A stretch of 64,000 nucleotides of DNA from contig OZ316898.1 of assembly GCA_973895155.1 (NCBI GenBank), positions 21,029,292 to 21,093,291 of the forward strand, given 5' to 3'. The DNA comes from Marsupella aquatica (Eukaryota; Plantae; Marchantiophyta). The notes below the pieces were generated by a model. That model saw only the letters and a list, made by a program, of their open reading frames with translations, had not been told where the DNA came from and ran no database searches. The position numbers were made by a program, and so were the translations under genes. This document shows positions 12,193 to 23,390 of this stretch, piece after piece (within the stretch, counting starts at the first letter, position 1; every line of letters begins with the position of its first letter).

Positions 12193-15100
12193 GGATGATT
12201 CACAAAATAGATTTGATAACATACATCAGTTTGATACACATTGAGAACCACTACCCAAACATCGATTCAAAAAACAATTAGACATTCTTGATACCAGAAT
12301 GACGTCGAACTCCATCGAAAAACTTCTATTTCTAGCTTTGCAAATAGATGGCAAGAATTACAATGATTGGTATATAGATGTGGAGGTCCATCTCACGGCA
12401 AAACAAATTGAAGAGGCCATACACACAGATGTTGGTGTGGATCAATACACAAAGGCACAAGCCTTGGTACTACTGAGACATCACTTAGTCGATCCTCTCA
12501 AACGCCAGTATAAGACTATACAATCCTAGATTACTCTGGGATGCATTGAAATCAAGATTCGAGCATATCACTACAATAAATGCTCTACAGGCTTGGGTTA
12601 CACTACGAGTACAAGATTTCAAATCAATAGATTTATACAACAGTGAGATGTTTAGAATCTCAAATGAACTCCAAATGTGTGGAGAACCAGTCAGTGATAA
12701 ACAGCAAATTGAGAAGACATTGGCCACATTTCACCCAACTAACTTGGTGATTTCAAATCAGTACAGGAACATGGCATTTACGACATACTCGGCGCTCATT
12801 GCACATATGCTTTTAGCAGAGCAAAATTCCATCCTCCTTATGAATAATGCAAAGGAGAGACCTCCGGGAACACTTCCTGTACCAACCAAAACTGAAACCA
12901 ACTTAGTTACACAGGATATGACAGCAGAAACGAATATGACAAATATGAATGGATACACATCAAGGGGGAGAGGTTCATACCGTGGCCGAGGAACAATGAG
13001 AGGGAGAGGTAATTTCTCCCAAAGAGGTGGAAACAATTCAAACTACAGAGGATGAGGTTGTGGAAGAATGAACAATGCAAATCAAAACAACTGGAAGAGT
13101 AACAGAGCGGATCATCAACAACAATATCGGGAGCGACAAAGACCTACCTCAAGTTATAAACAAGAGCATCCCATTACATGCAACAGGTGCGGAACTAAAG
13201 GGCACACCAAAAAGGTATGCCATGCACCTAGCCACCTAGTTCTACTTTATAAGAAGAGCTTGGATGAATCGCAATTCGAAGCTCATGGGGCTTATTTGGA
13301 GTCACCAGAGATTATACCAGAAATACATATGCTGGATTCATCATTAAATATTGAAGATCCAAATTTTTGCATTGTCGACAGCGGCACAACCCACACTATC
13401 CTTCGGGATAGTAAATATTTCCATGAAATCACCCCTTCACAAAGGAAAATAACAACTATCATGGGACCACATCAAATAGAGGAGGGTCATGGCAAAGCCA
13501 CAGTAGTTCTCCCAGAAGGAACAATAATCAACATCACATCAGCGATTTATGCCCCCAAAGCAACGAGAAACCTTCTCAACTTTAAAGACATAAGAGCGAA
13601 TAACCTACATATTCATACAGATATTCAAGACTCACGAGAAGTTCTACAAATAGTATCCCACTCATCAAAAGGCAGACTTGTTAAAGAAACTTTACAGGCT
13701 TACCCTTTAGGATACTATGCAACTCGAACTCAATGCTATCATGTTCAAACTGAATCACAGAACCTCACAGAGATCTGGCATAGACGGTTGGGACATCCTG
13801 GAACAAGCATGTTCCACATAATTGTCAATAATTCTAAAGGAGTATCAAAAGAAGTACATCCGAGAACATTCAAAGGACCATGCCTTGCTTGCTCACAGGG
13901 CAAGATGATTACTGCTCCCTCCAATTCTAAAACCAAAAATCACATACCTGCATTTCTTGAGAGACTTCATGCAGATGTTTGCGGACCCATCGATCCTCCA
14001 AGTGGCCCATTTCGCTATTTCCTGGTTGTCATAGATGCAAGCTCCAAGTGGTCAAGGGTTTCCCTATTATCAACCCGGAACCTCATTTTCTCAAGGATTC
14101 TGGCACACATTATACGGCTGAGAGCTCAATTCCCAGAATACCCAATTCGAACCCTCAGGACTGATGGAGCCGGAGAGTTCACATCAAAAACTTTTGATGA
14201 ATTTCGCCTCATCAATGGAATTGATTCACAATATAATGTACCTTATGTACATTTCCAGAATGGAATGGCTGAGTCACTTATTAAACGCATATAGCAAATA
14301 GCCCAACCTCTATTAATGCAATCTTCTCTTCCAGCGACTGCATGGGGACACGCAGTCCTACATGCTGCATCTCTTCTTCTATACAGACCATCAGCCTTCA
14401 ACAGCATTACACCTCATCAATTGGCATTTGGAAATTCTCCAGACATTTCACACTTGAGGATATTCGGATGTCAAGTCCTTGTACCAATCGTAGCCCCAAA
14501 ACGGACAAAATTAGGACTTTAGAGAAGAAAAGGCATCTATGTGGGATTCGACTCTACATCAATCTTCCGTTACATGGAACCTACCACTGCAGACATATTC
14601 AAAGCTTGATTTACAGATTGTCATTTTTATGAAACCATCTTCCCCACTCTGACATTACCGGAGGGCAAACAACAAACATTACCAAAAATATTCACCTGAC
14701 AAGCTAGTCTTGAACTTTGTCCTGATCCACACACAGATCAGGCTGAATTAGAAGTCAGAAGAATAATTCAACTTACACAGATTATGGAAGCCATACCTGA
14801 TTCATTCGCAGATACAGCGAATGTTACAAAATCCCATATCCCAGCAGCGAATACCCCATCCCGGATTCAAATTGGAACTCGGTTAGGTTCTGATCAACAA
14901 TTAAAACCCAAGAGAGGACGCCCTGTAGGGGCTGTCGATAAACAACTCAGACAAAGGCAAAAACTATCAACATCATCTGAAATGAGACCAGAAACCCATA
15001 CTCACATTTCAGAATCATATCACCCAGAGATAGCCATACATTATAATACCACTGGCCATATCTTAGATAGAACTAGAGTAATACCTGATGATCAATTTGC

Positions 15101-15435
15101 CTTTCATATATCACAGGATATTACTAACTTATCTGACCCAAAATCTGTCAAAGAAGCACAAAACCAAGCAGATTGGCCTAAATGGAAAATAGCCATGAAC
15201 TCTGAGTTAGACTCTTTGATCTCTCGAAAAGTATTTGGTCCTATAACCATTGCTACCCCAGACCAACACCTTACTGGGTACAGAATCATATTTACCAAAA
15301 AGAGGAATTCCCAAGGAGAAATTGTGAGATATAAAGCTCGACTCGTTGCAAAGGGATATACTCAAATCTATGGCACAGATTATGACCTAACTTATTCACC
15401 AGTCATGGATGTAACTACTTATCGCTACTTGATAG

Positions 15436-18400
15436 TGTGATGCCTAGACAGGAATCACTCGGCCGGTTAAGTGGGTAAAGCAGGAAGGCACCCTAGGAAC
15501 ACCTTAGTATAGGGACAAAACAAGGAAAATATAAACAATTAGGGGCAACCATGGAACCCGGGCAGAGGCCGGAGGTAAGGCTAAGGGTGAAAACCCGATT
15601 AGGGTTAGGGCGCGTTAAGCGTCGGCGGCTAGGAAGGATCAACGGGAAGAAGGACCGGCAGAGGAGAGGGGTAAGGAGCGCTTGCAGGAGATGGTGGCTC
15701 ATTTGCGAGCACGAACTAGGCAGACGACTACGGGAGGCCAACTACTGTCAGCTGCTTAGGCAAGCACTTGGGGAGAGAGTAGATACCGATGATCGACCTA
15801 AGGAGGGTATGAGCAGCGTCAATCAAGCGGCACATTTCTGGGGATGCCTGTTCGAACGGGCAACTGAGTACATCAAGACTTACGAGGACGAGGAGTCAGA
15901 AAGGGCAGCTCGAGAACGGCAGGAGCTCGCTCGATTGTGGGAGCTGCACAAGACGGCTTTCTTAGGAGGCGAACTCATCAAGGACGAGTTCCTGTGGACG
16001 CCTACTTCCAATCAACTCGACGATCTTCTGTTTTGCAAAGACAGCGTCGTCGGCATCCGAGAGGCCATCAAGAACTGCAACGACATACACTGGGAATTAA
16101 AGGGTAGCACGGAAAGGTGGACCCAGGCAATGGTGCTAGGAGAAACCTCCACGGCAGCAGAGATGAAGAGGAAGGGAGCCGTCAACGATGAAGCCACCCC
16201 GGCAAAAAGAATGAGGTCGGCGGCACCAAAGAAGCCAGCCGAGCAGCAGAGCAGGAGGCAGGGAGAAGCCGAAGAGGAGGAGGTCGATCCCATCAAGGCC
16301 ATTCCAACCAGGGATGACACCTGGAAGGGCTGGGCGGCAACCCTACCGGTGGAGGTGCAACTACATTTTGCACGGGAGGAGGATGCATGCTTTACGGCCA
16401 TGCAGACCAAGAAGTACCAAGGCTTCATGGCCGGATCCGGCTTGGAGGCCTTTGTAAGATTACCATGGCTGAAGCCGGAGGTACCGGAGTCAGACCTATT
16501 AGAATTCGTGGGGTCATGGGAACCCGAGACCAATTGCACGAGGATATATGGGAAGGATTTCTATCTTACTCCCAAGGTAATTGCCGAAGTGTTTGGCTTG
16601 CCGATAGGCAATAAGACCAAAGTTGATACCAGGAAGACCTTGCCTGACAAGGAGTTCCGGTCGTTCCCCGGGCCATCAACGAAGAATGGCTTCTTCCGGA
16701 ACACCTGCACCAACCCGCACATAGGAGAGATGATCGACTTCTTGCGGGTGACCATGCATTGTAACTTGCCGAGGGCAGAGATCGGCAAGGCACAGGTCTA
16801 TCTGGCAGAAAGGCCAGACCCAAGCCGGGACTACAACGGGTACCTCCTCAACCAATTGAAGAAGATCTTAAAGGAGGAGCAGCAGGTAATCGGCATGGGG
16901 AGCGTGTCGCGGCTTGGCTATCACATGCCGCTGTTGTGCCGGTATGCCAGAAGTCAGACTTTTGCCCCGGTACTTCCCCTGCAGGTAAGGGCACCCGAGG
17001 AAGCTCCAACGCCGAGGCCGTTGGCTGAGAAGCCTCAACCACCTGTTAGTCCTACGATCGAGCAGGTGTTTAGGCCCAGGAAGGAAGACTTGCCGATGCA
17101 GCAACCAGGCATGCAGAGTCTGCTGAAACTACTGGAGAAAGAAAAGAAATTGGCATCGGCAACAACAACGGCAACGGCAACAATGCAGGACACTACTACA
17201 GAGGTAGGCCTACACCGGCTCACAAGAGAAAACCCCTTTGCTGGAGACAAGAAGAGAATCAGGCCGGAATCCAAGCCAGGTGTTCGAATGTACGTGGGAA
17301 CCTCAAGCTCCGAATCTGAGGCAGAATTGCCTGAAGCTCCTACCGACGAAGAGGAGAGGGAGAAGCCGGACGTCCAAGAGGTAGAGGAGGCAGTGGAGGA
17401 CTGCAGCCATGATAATTCCGGCTATGGGTCGGACCATCACGTTCTAGGAGTAAGGACCTGTGGCCGGTTTGTCCCCACACTTCCAAGGGTAGTGCGAGGG
17501 GACCCCAACCAGCAGAGTAGCCCTGAGTCTCCCCCACCAGATGTTGCTCCCCCGAGCTTTGACGGCATAAAACAGACGGTGCAGGAATTTCAGGAGCGAA
17601 TCAAGCAGGAGGAAGAGGCCGCCCTGGCTAAGGAAAAGGATTTACCAGGAGGAGATTGGCCGGAGGACATCAGGCGGCTAGCCGAAAAAGGAAGCAAACC
17701 TCTAGCCACAATTGAAGAGATCCGCAGGACGGCTTGGGAGCAGAGGCCACGATGGGCGATGCCGATCACTTCTACTTACTCCACCTACGCTAAGAATAGA
17801 GCCATGGAGTATGGTGAGATGTGTGGGGAACTTGCGCTCGGCATCTTTGGAGAGGAGTTGGAGATAGGACCCTTTTTTCATAGGGAGCAGTTGGAGAAGC
17901 ACCAATTAGAAGAAGCGGTGGCTTTAGAGAGAAGCAAGAAGGACGAGGTCATTCGGCGGCTTAGGAGGATGGAAGCCGAGATTGAAGATCTAAGGGCGGC
18001 CAAGAAAGCCCAAGATGAACTGCGGATTAAACGACATGAGCTGAACATCATGCAGGGGCAGTTGGACACCGCGCAGGCTGATAATCAGAATATCAAGGAT
18101 AAACTGACTCAGACGCAGGAAGAGTTGGCCGACACGATCAAAGAGAGGGAGAAGTGGAAGCAAGAGCTGAAGAATACAGAGGAGGCCCACATAACAGCCA
18201 ACAGCCGGGCCATGGCGGAGACCCAAAGAAAGGAATGGGCGTTGAAAGGGGAGCTCGAGAAAATCCGCGGAGCCCTTGAGCAGAAGGAGGTCGAGTTAGG
18301 GAAATCCTATCAAGGGATTATGGCGCTGCAGCAGGAGCTTGCGTCCCTGACGGCCAGCTTCAAGGCCGACCTAAGGGAGAAGGACGAGATGCTCGAACAG

Positions 18401-20094
18401 ACTTACGCCAAGATGAACCAGATGGAGTCTGTCATCATTGCAGAGCTCGACAAGGAGCTAAGAGCAACCCAGGAGGAGAGGGCTACCTTGAAGAAGGAAT
18501 TGGAGGAAGCCCACAGGGAGCAGGAGGAGGCCAAAAACGAGCTGGAGGGGCACGTAAGGACCTGGATGAAACCCAAGAGGAGTTGGAGGAAATCACGAGG
18601 AAGATGGAGAACCTACAGCGGCGGGCCGACAACCAAACAGAGCGGCTGAAGAAACAAGCCGCAGTATTTAAATGCTTAGCTGCAGCAGGTCCATCTCCCG
18701 TTGGGACAAACCAGTTACCAGGGGTGGTAATTGCCGAAGGACAAGCCGTGCCAACTGCACCAGTGCCGGAAGTAAGTGGGAAGGGGAAGGGACCAGCTGC
18801 CGAGCCACCAACGAAGAAGAAGCGGAAACCTTCAGGGTCAAGGAGTAATACGACTTCACAGGCCGTGGTGATCAAGGAGGTAGACCCAGTACCGACCCCA
18901 GACAGGGTCACGGCTAAGGATCCAACTACCCTAGGGGAAGGGGAGGCCGAAGCCGAGGGAGTGGCTGAAGCCGAAGCCGTGGGAGTGGCTGAGGCCGAAG
19001 CCGTGGGTATTGCCGAGGCCGGTGTCGAGGCTGAAGCCGAAGGTGGACCCAGTCAGGCCGATGGAGAGTTGACTCGGTCAAGGGCAGGTAATCTGTCAGT
19101 AGGCGGGCCAACGGCAGTGGCTGAGGAGGAAGTGTTGGGGGCGTCCATTGAGGATCCACCACCGGTGTCGTGACGGTGCAAGGGCGCCGTTCCTTTTAGG
19201 GAGGGCGGACGTGGAGGGAGGAGGCGTGAGTGGGCAGGGCGGGCGCGGATCTCCACGTTTAGGATTAGGATCAGAACCAGGAGCGGCCCTGACACTTAGC
19301 TTAGTGGGATTGCGGTCCCACTGGTAGGAGCAACACTTGTGCTCCTGCCTTGCTGTACATAGGTAGATTCGGGCAAGTAGATTACTGTCAGGTAGATTAG
19401 GCTTACGATGCAAAGAATGGCGGATCCACTACCAAGATAAGTACCTGGGCAGCGGGGAGCTTAGGGCCTCTTCTTTAGCAAGTTTTTAGTTTGCACCAGC
19501 CGGGCTGGGATCAAGTAGTACGAGAAGCTCTCGGTTAGTCATACAGTGACCCTTGTGTATATTCATGTTTCCTCATGCCTAAGAGCTGAATAGAGTTGGC
19601 CTCACGGCTTAGTTCGCAGAACTTGTGTATGAGATGTACTGTTTGTATGGCAAGTGCATGGTATGACTCAGTCAGAATGAGTCATTTTGCTATTTGTGTG
19701 TCGCATTAACTTGTGTGAAGAGTGCCCACATCAACAGAAGGAAGGAAAGTAAGCAGGGGAGTGAGAGTTGGATGTGTCGAGCTGAGAGAGGTCTTAGCGG
19801 CTTAACCAAGCCTATTGGGGATCATTCCGGCGGCGGAATCCAAACATACCTAACAAGACGGAGGGGAAGACAGGGGAAGACAGGGGAAGGCTTATATTAG
19901 GCCGGCTACGTATCTCATGACCCGATGAAGGATCTGTCCAGTATATGTGTGTAAAATGTTAATAGTAGTAGTAGAAGGTTAGCAGCGTCCCATGCCGCTA
20001 AGCCGCGGAAACGGCCTCGCCAAGCACGAAACCTGCGGGAATCGGCTTGAGCTGGGGGGTTTCTTGGGTTTAGGGAGCCATGGGACGCACCACA
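15436..20094 (+). mobile_element. Unclassified TG..CA element, copy B (4659 bp, most intact)
   Basis: Perfect 5-bp TSD GATAG (15431-15435 and 20095-20099). Removing the element restores the copia RT frame ...TYRYLIAFAIQHKLLMHQLDV. Ends TGTGATGC / GCACCACA form a 7/8 inverted repeat. Confidence 0.95.
15551..19173 (+). CDS. ~1200-aa element protein: PMD-like domain, acidic linker, long coiled coil, NLS, low-complexity tail; one frameshift near 18550
   Basis: Open 1032-codon ORF 15551-18649 continued by the overlapping ORF 18583-19173. Copy A reads through this junction in one frame. FVGSWEPETNCTRIYGKDFYLTPKVIAEVFGLP resembles the plant mobile domain pattern WxPETHTF..GEMTITLxDVxxILGLP (by eye). 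Confidence 0.8.
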
Positions 20095-22129
20095 GATAGC
20101 ATTTGCAATCCAACACAAACTCTTAATGCATCAACTAGATGTGGTGACCGCTTATCTTTACGGTCAACTTGACACTGTGATCTATATGGAAGCTCCACCA
20201 CAGCTTATAGAACGTGTCAATTTCCATGCAAATTCAAATCATGATTCAAATATGCATAGCAACAAACATGCAAATGAATTTGACTACTTAAATAAGCTGG
20301 TACTCCACAATACCTCTAAAGCAATTGCATCCCAGGAAACTCCTGGAAATAGAAAGACCCGATTTGCTATTCAGGTTCTTCGTTCACTCTACGGCCTAAA
20401 ACAAAGTGGACGTACCTGGTACCAGCGTTTCAAAACAGAGATGATATCCATGGGATACAAAAATTCAGAGATTGCACCTTGTCTATTCATAAAGAATCAA
20501 AGACCTGAATTCATAAGAATTGCTATTTAAGTAGATGACCTCAACTTGTTTGGTACAAACAAGATGATGCAAGAATCTATACAAACGCTGAAAAGCGTAT
20601 TCAAAATGCGGGATTTAGGAAGAACTTCTTACTACATTGGACTTCAATTTGAACATTTACAAACGGGCATTCTCCTGCATCAAGAGACTTACACAAAGAA
20701 GGTGTTAAAACATTTCCATATGGACTCGTTAAAATTTGTGAAGTCCCCCATGGATATACGTACCTTGGACATACAAAAAGATATGTTCAGGAAGAGAGAA
20801 GATTTTGAACCTTTACTAGGTTCAGATATGCCATATCTTTCGGCTATCGGTGCTCTTATGTTTCTATCTAATCAAACACGACCGGACATAGCATTCGCGG
20901 TCAACTTACTCGCAAGACACAGCGCACAGCCCACTATCAAACACTAGAATGGCATTAAAAGGATATTTTGTTATCTTATTGGTACATCCGACTTTGGTTT
21001 ATACTTTCCTTATGATGCAGATTACAGTTTAACAGGATATGCTGATGCTGGCTATCTATCCAATCCACAAGATGGTAAATCTCAAACTCGATATATTTTC
21101 TTGATGGGCCCGACACCAATTTCATGGTGCAACACCAAACAGACTCTTACTACTACTTCTTCCAATCACTCTGAAATAATTGCTCTCTATGAAGCAAGTC
21201 GTGAATGTTTATGGCTACGTAAAGTCTTAGATCTTATTTTGATCAACACAGGTAAACTGAAATTATCCAAACCTACAATACTCTTCAAAGATAACATGCC
21301 TTGCATAACTCAAATCAAATCCGGATTCATCAAAGGTGAACGTACAAAACATATTGCGCCTAAATTCTTTTTCTCACACAAACAACAAGGAAAAGAAATT
21401 GATGTACAATGGATTCCAAGAAATCAGAACAAGGCAGACATCCTTACGAAATCTCTACCACCGTCCCTCCATCAATCACTAACTTATTCAATAGGAATAC
21501 GCAGCGTAACAAAGCTTTTGCAGGATACAAAGATTGAGGGGGAGATTTGACTTCCCTGATGAACGTTGCGAGAACAAACAGCACCAGCCTGATAGAACAT
21601 AAGTCGTTCGACTAACCCCTCGCGATCGACTTCCTCAAGAGCCACAGATAAAACTTGATGAATCCTCAAGAAGACGCACTGGCATCTCTCCGATTGACCC
21701 TATCACAAAGACCTAGGTAGGGAAAATGCATCTCTAACCATTGCAGCTCACCCCGGCATCGACAGTACTTGCGTGAAAGAGAACCCGCCATTCCACTCTC
21801 ATACAACCGACTTCAACACCACTTACACTCGATGGACTTCTTGCAGAACAACACCACAACCCATAATACAAACCTAAAAACATATACTCTTAACGCAATT
21901 AGTCTAGAAAAGTAAGAAATAGACAAATGCAAATACAGATTACTTTAGAAAGACACAACTTTATTTAAAAAAAAAACTTAAAGGGATGCAGGGTGGCAAT
22001 ACTCTTTCCTTCCACCAAAGAAAGTAGGAAAGGTTTTAATGAGGTTGCACCCCCATCCCCTACCTTCATATACATTGATAGAAGATTGGTTGTCATATTT
22101 TGCCTAAAATGATAACATCCAAGGGGGAG

Positions 22130-22266
22130 TGTTATACCCTAATTATGATTGGGTATACTAACTATAGTTAGAACCCATGGTTAACACCAACCAGAGTTAC
22201 CATATGTATATATTCTCTCCTTGGAATAGAAGATCATATCATTGTTGGTGTATTTGGTTTGTAACA
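22130..22266 (+). repeat. Copia 3' LTR (137 bp)
   Basis: Immediately follows the PPT. Terminal inverted TGTTA...TAACA and an internal TATATA. The CACTA satellite resumes after it. Confidence 0.8.
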
Positions 22267-22850
22267 ACTATGTCATTTTTGTGCCGACATTTGGATTTTG
22301 GATATATTCTATTAAATTTCAAAGGAATTGTAAGGGGGCACTCCGAGAGGTAGTATACTCTTCATTGGGTCATTTTCACATAATGTCTGTCATTAATGCC
22401 AATGACTACAATAAGGGTCATCTTGGTAGTCATATTGGAGGTCATTTGGAGCAATTGACTGCATATGTGGTCATTAATGAAAACACCTCAAATGAGGGTA
22501 ATCTTGGTTGTCATACTAGAGGTCAGAAGTACCAAATGACTGGAAATGTGATCTTTACAAAGGCTATTGGGGGGTGAACTTTGGAGGTACAAGGGAGTTC
22601 ATTGGGTCATTTGTGAATTAAATGGTGCTTCAATCTGAGGACTAAACGTGGGGTCACTCACGCTGTCATATTGGAAGCCATTAATGTTGGCATATTGGAG
22701 GTCATATAGTCATGGGAAGGCTCACTTGTTAATGCTTTGGTGTAATGCTCTCAAACACTCTTAGACCACATAGCCTCATATGTAGTGGTCATGTAGCATG
22801 TAAGGGTCCCGGGAAGTGGGCCCTAGACGAGGGTGCTGGCAAGGGCATGT
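22267..22850. repeat. Degenerate continuation of the CACTA internal satellite
   Basis: Diverged matches to unit motifs (ATTGGGTCATTT, GCCAATGACTACAATAAGGGTCAT, GTGGGCCCTAGA) on the far side of the copia insertion. Confidence 0.65.
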
Positions 22851-23390
22851 ACAAAATTACACTAATGTAATCCACAACACCCTCACCTCCCATGAAGGAT
22901 TAATTTGTTTGAATGAGGGTCGGGTTATGGGTTTAGGGTCAATGTGATTTTGAGCCATAACTCTAGAGCACCAAGTTAGAAAACCAAGGTTTTCCCTTGG
23001 TCCAAAAGGACCTTTTATATCGCGGGCATGATTTTTTATATATAACATTGGTCCTTAACATTCTTGTTGGCACCTACACAAACAGCCATGACCTTATGGG
23101 GGGGTTGCGACATTATAAGTTATTAACCTTGCCTTCCCTACTTAGGGCCTTATGGGGGCGTCCGGACCTTGTTATTACCCTATATAGTCAGTATTTCCCT
23201 AGGGCCTTATGGGGGGGTGGTTTACATTGTTATTAACCTAGTCTCAACTTCCCTAGGGCCTTATGTCCAGACATATGAGAGATTGTCAGAATAGAACCCT
23301 AATTCATGACCCACAATATCCACCATCCCCATCTGGAGAAATACCTTACTTTTACGGGGTTTAGGGGTCCAGCATTAGGTTTTTCCCCGT

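Larger units (their letters stand above)
12299..21550 (+). pseudogene. Copia gag-pol polyprotein (degenerate, split by insertion 15436-20094)
   Basis: Zinc knuckle CNRCGTKGHTKKVC, protease IVDSGTTH, GAG-pre-integrase WHRRLGHP..CLAC, integrase LHADVCGP/LRTDGAGEF, RT RYKARLVAKGYTQ, HQLDVVTAYLYG and LYGLKQSGRTW, RNase H SNHSEIIALYEA..NKADILTK. Several in-frame stops. Confidence 0.93.
12193..22266 (+). mobile_element. Ty1/copia LTR retrotransposon, Bianca-like lineage; 5' LTR missing; interrupted by copy B
   Basis: gag-PR-INT-RT-RH order, PPT AAGGGGGAG (22121-22129), then a TGTTA...TAACA LTR. The motifs GPIDPPSGPFRYFLVVIDASSKWSRVSLLSTRN, VTKSHIPAANTPSRI and IKGERTKHIAPKFFF resemble Bianca-lineage polyproteins. 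The 5' boundary is approximate. Confidence 0.88.

Noticed and set aside
9718-12222. Repeated minus-strand ORFs (MDNDEYSVPHP...)
   Set aside because: By-products of the 578-bp satellite; stops and frames differ between units.
15598-15612. TTAGGGTTAGGG near the element's 5' end as telomeric repeat or telomere-targeting signal
   Set aside because: Only two units, internal, and in frame as R-L-G-L-G-R; insertion sites are not telomeric.
19910-19960. Hammerhead ribozyme (retrozyme) at CCCGATGAAGGATCTGTCC
   Set aside because: Conserved in three copies but lacks the CUGANGA core and the GAAA after stem II.
3901-20094. Copies A and B (or B and C) as the two LTRs of one retrotransposon
   Set aside because: Each copy has its own TSD, they belong to diverged subfamilies, and the intervening copia has its own 137-bp LTR and is itself interrupted by copy B.
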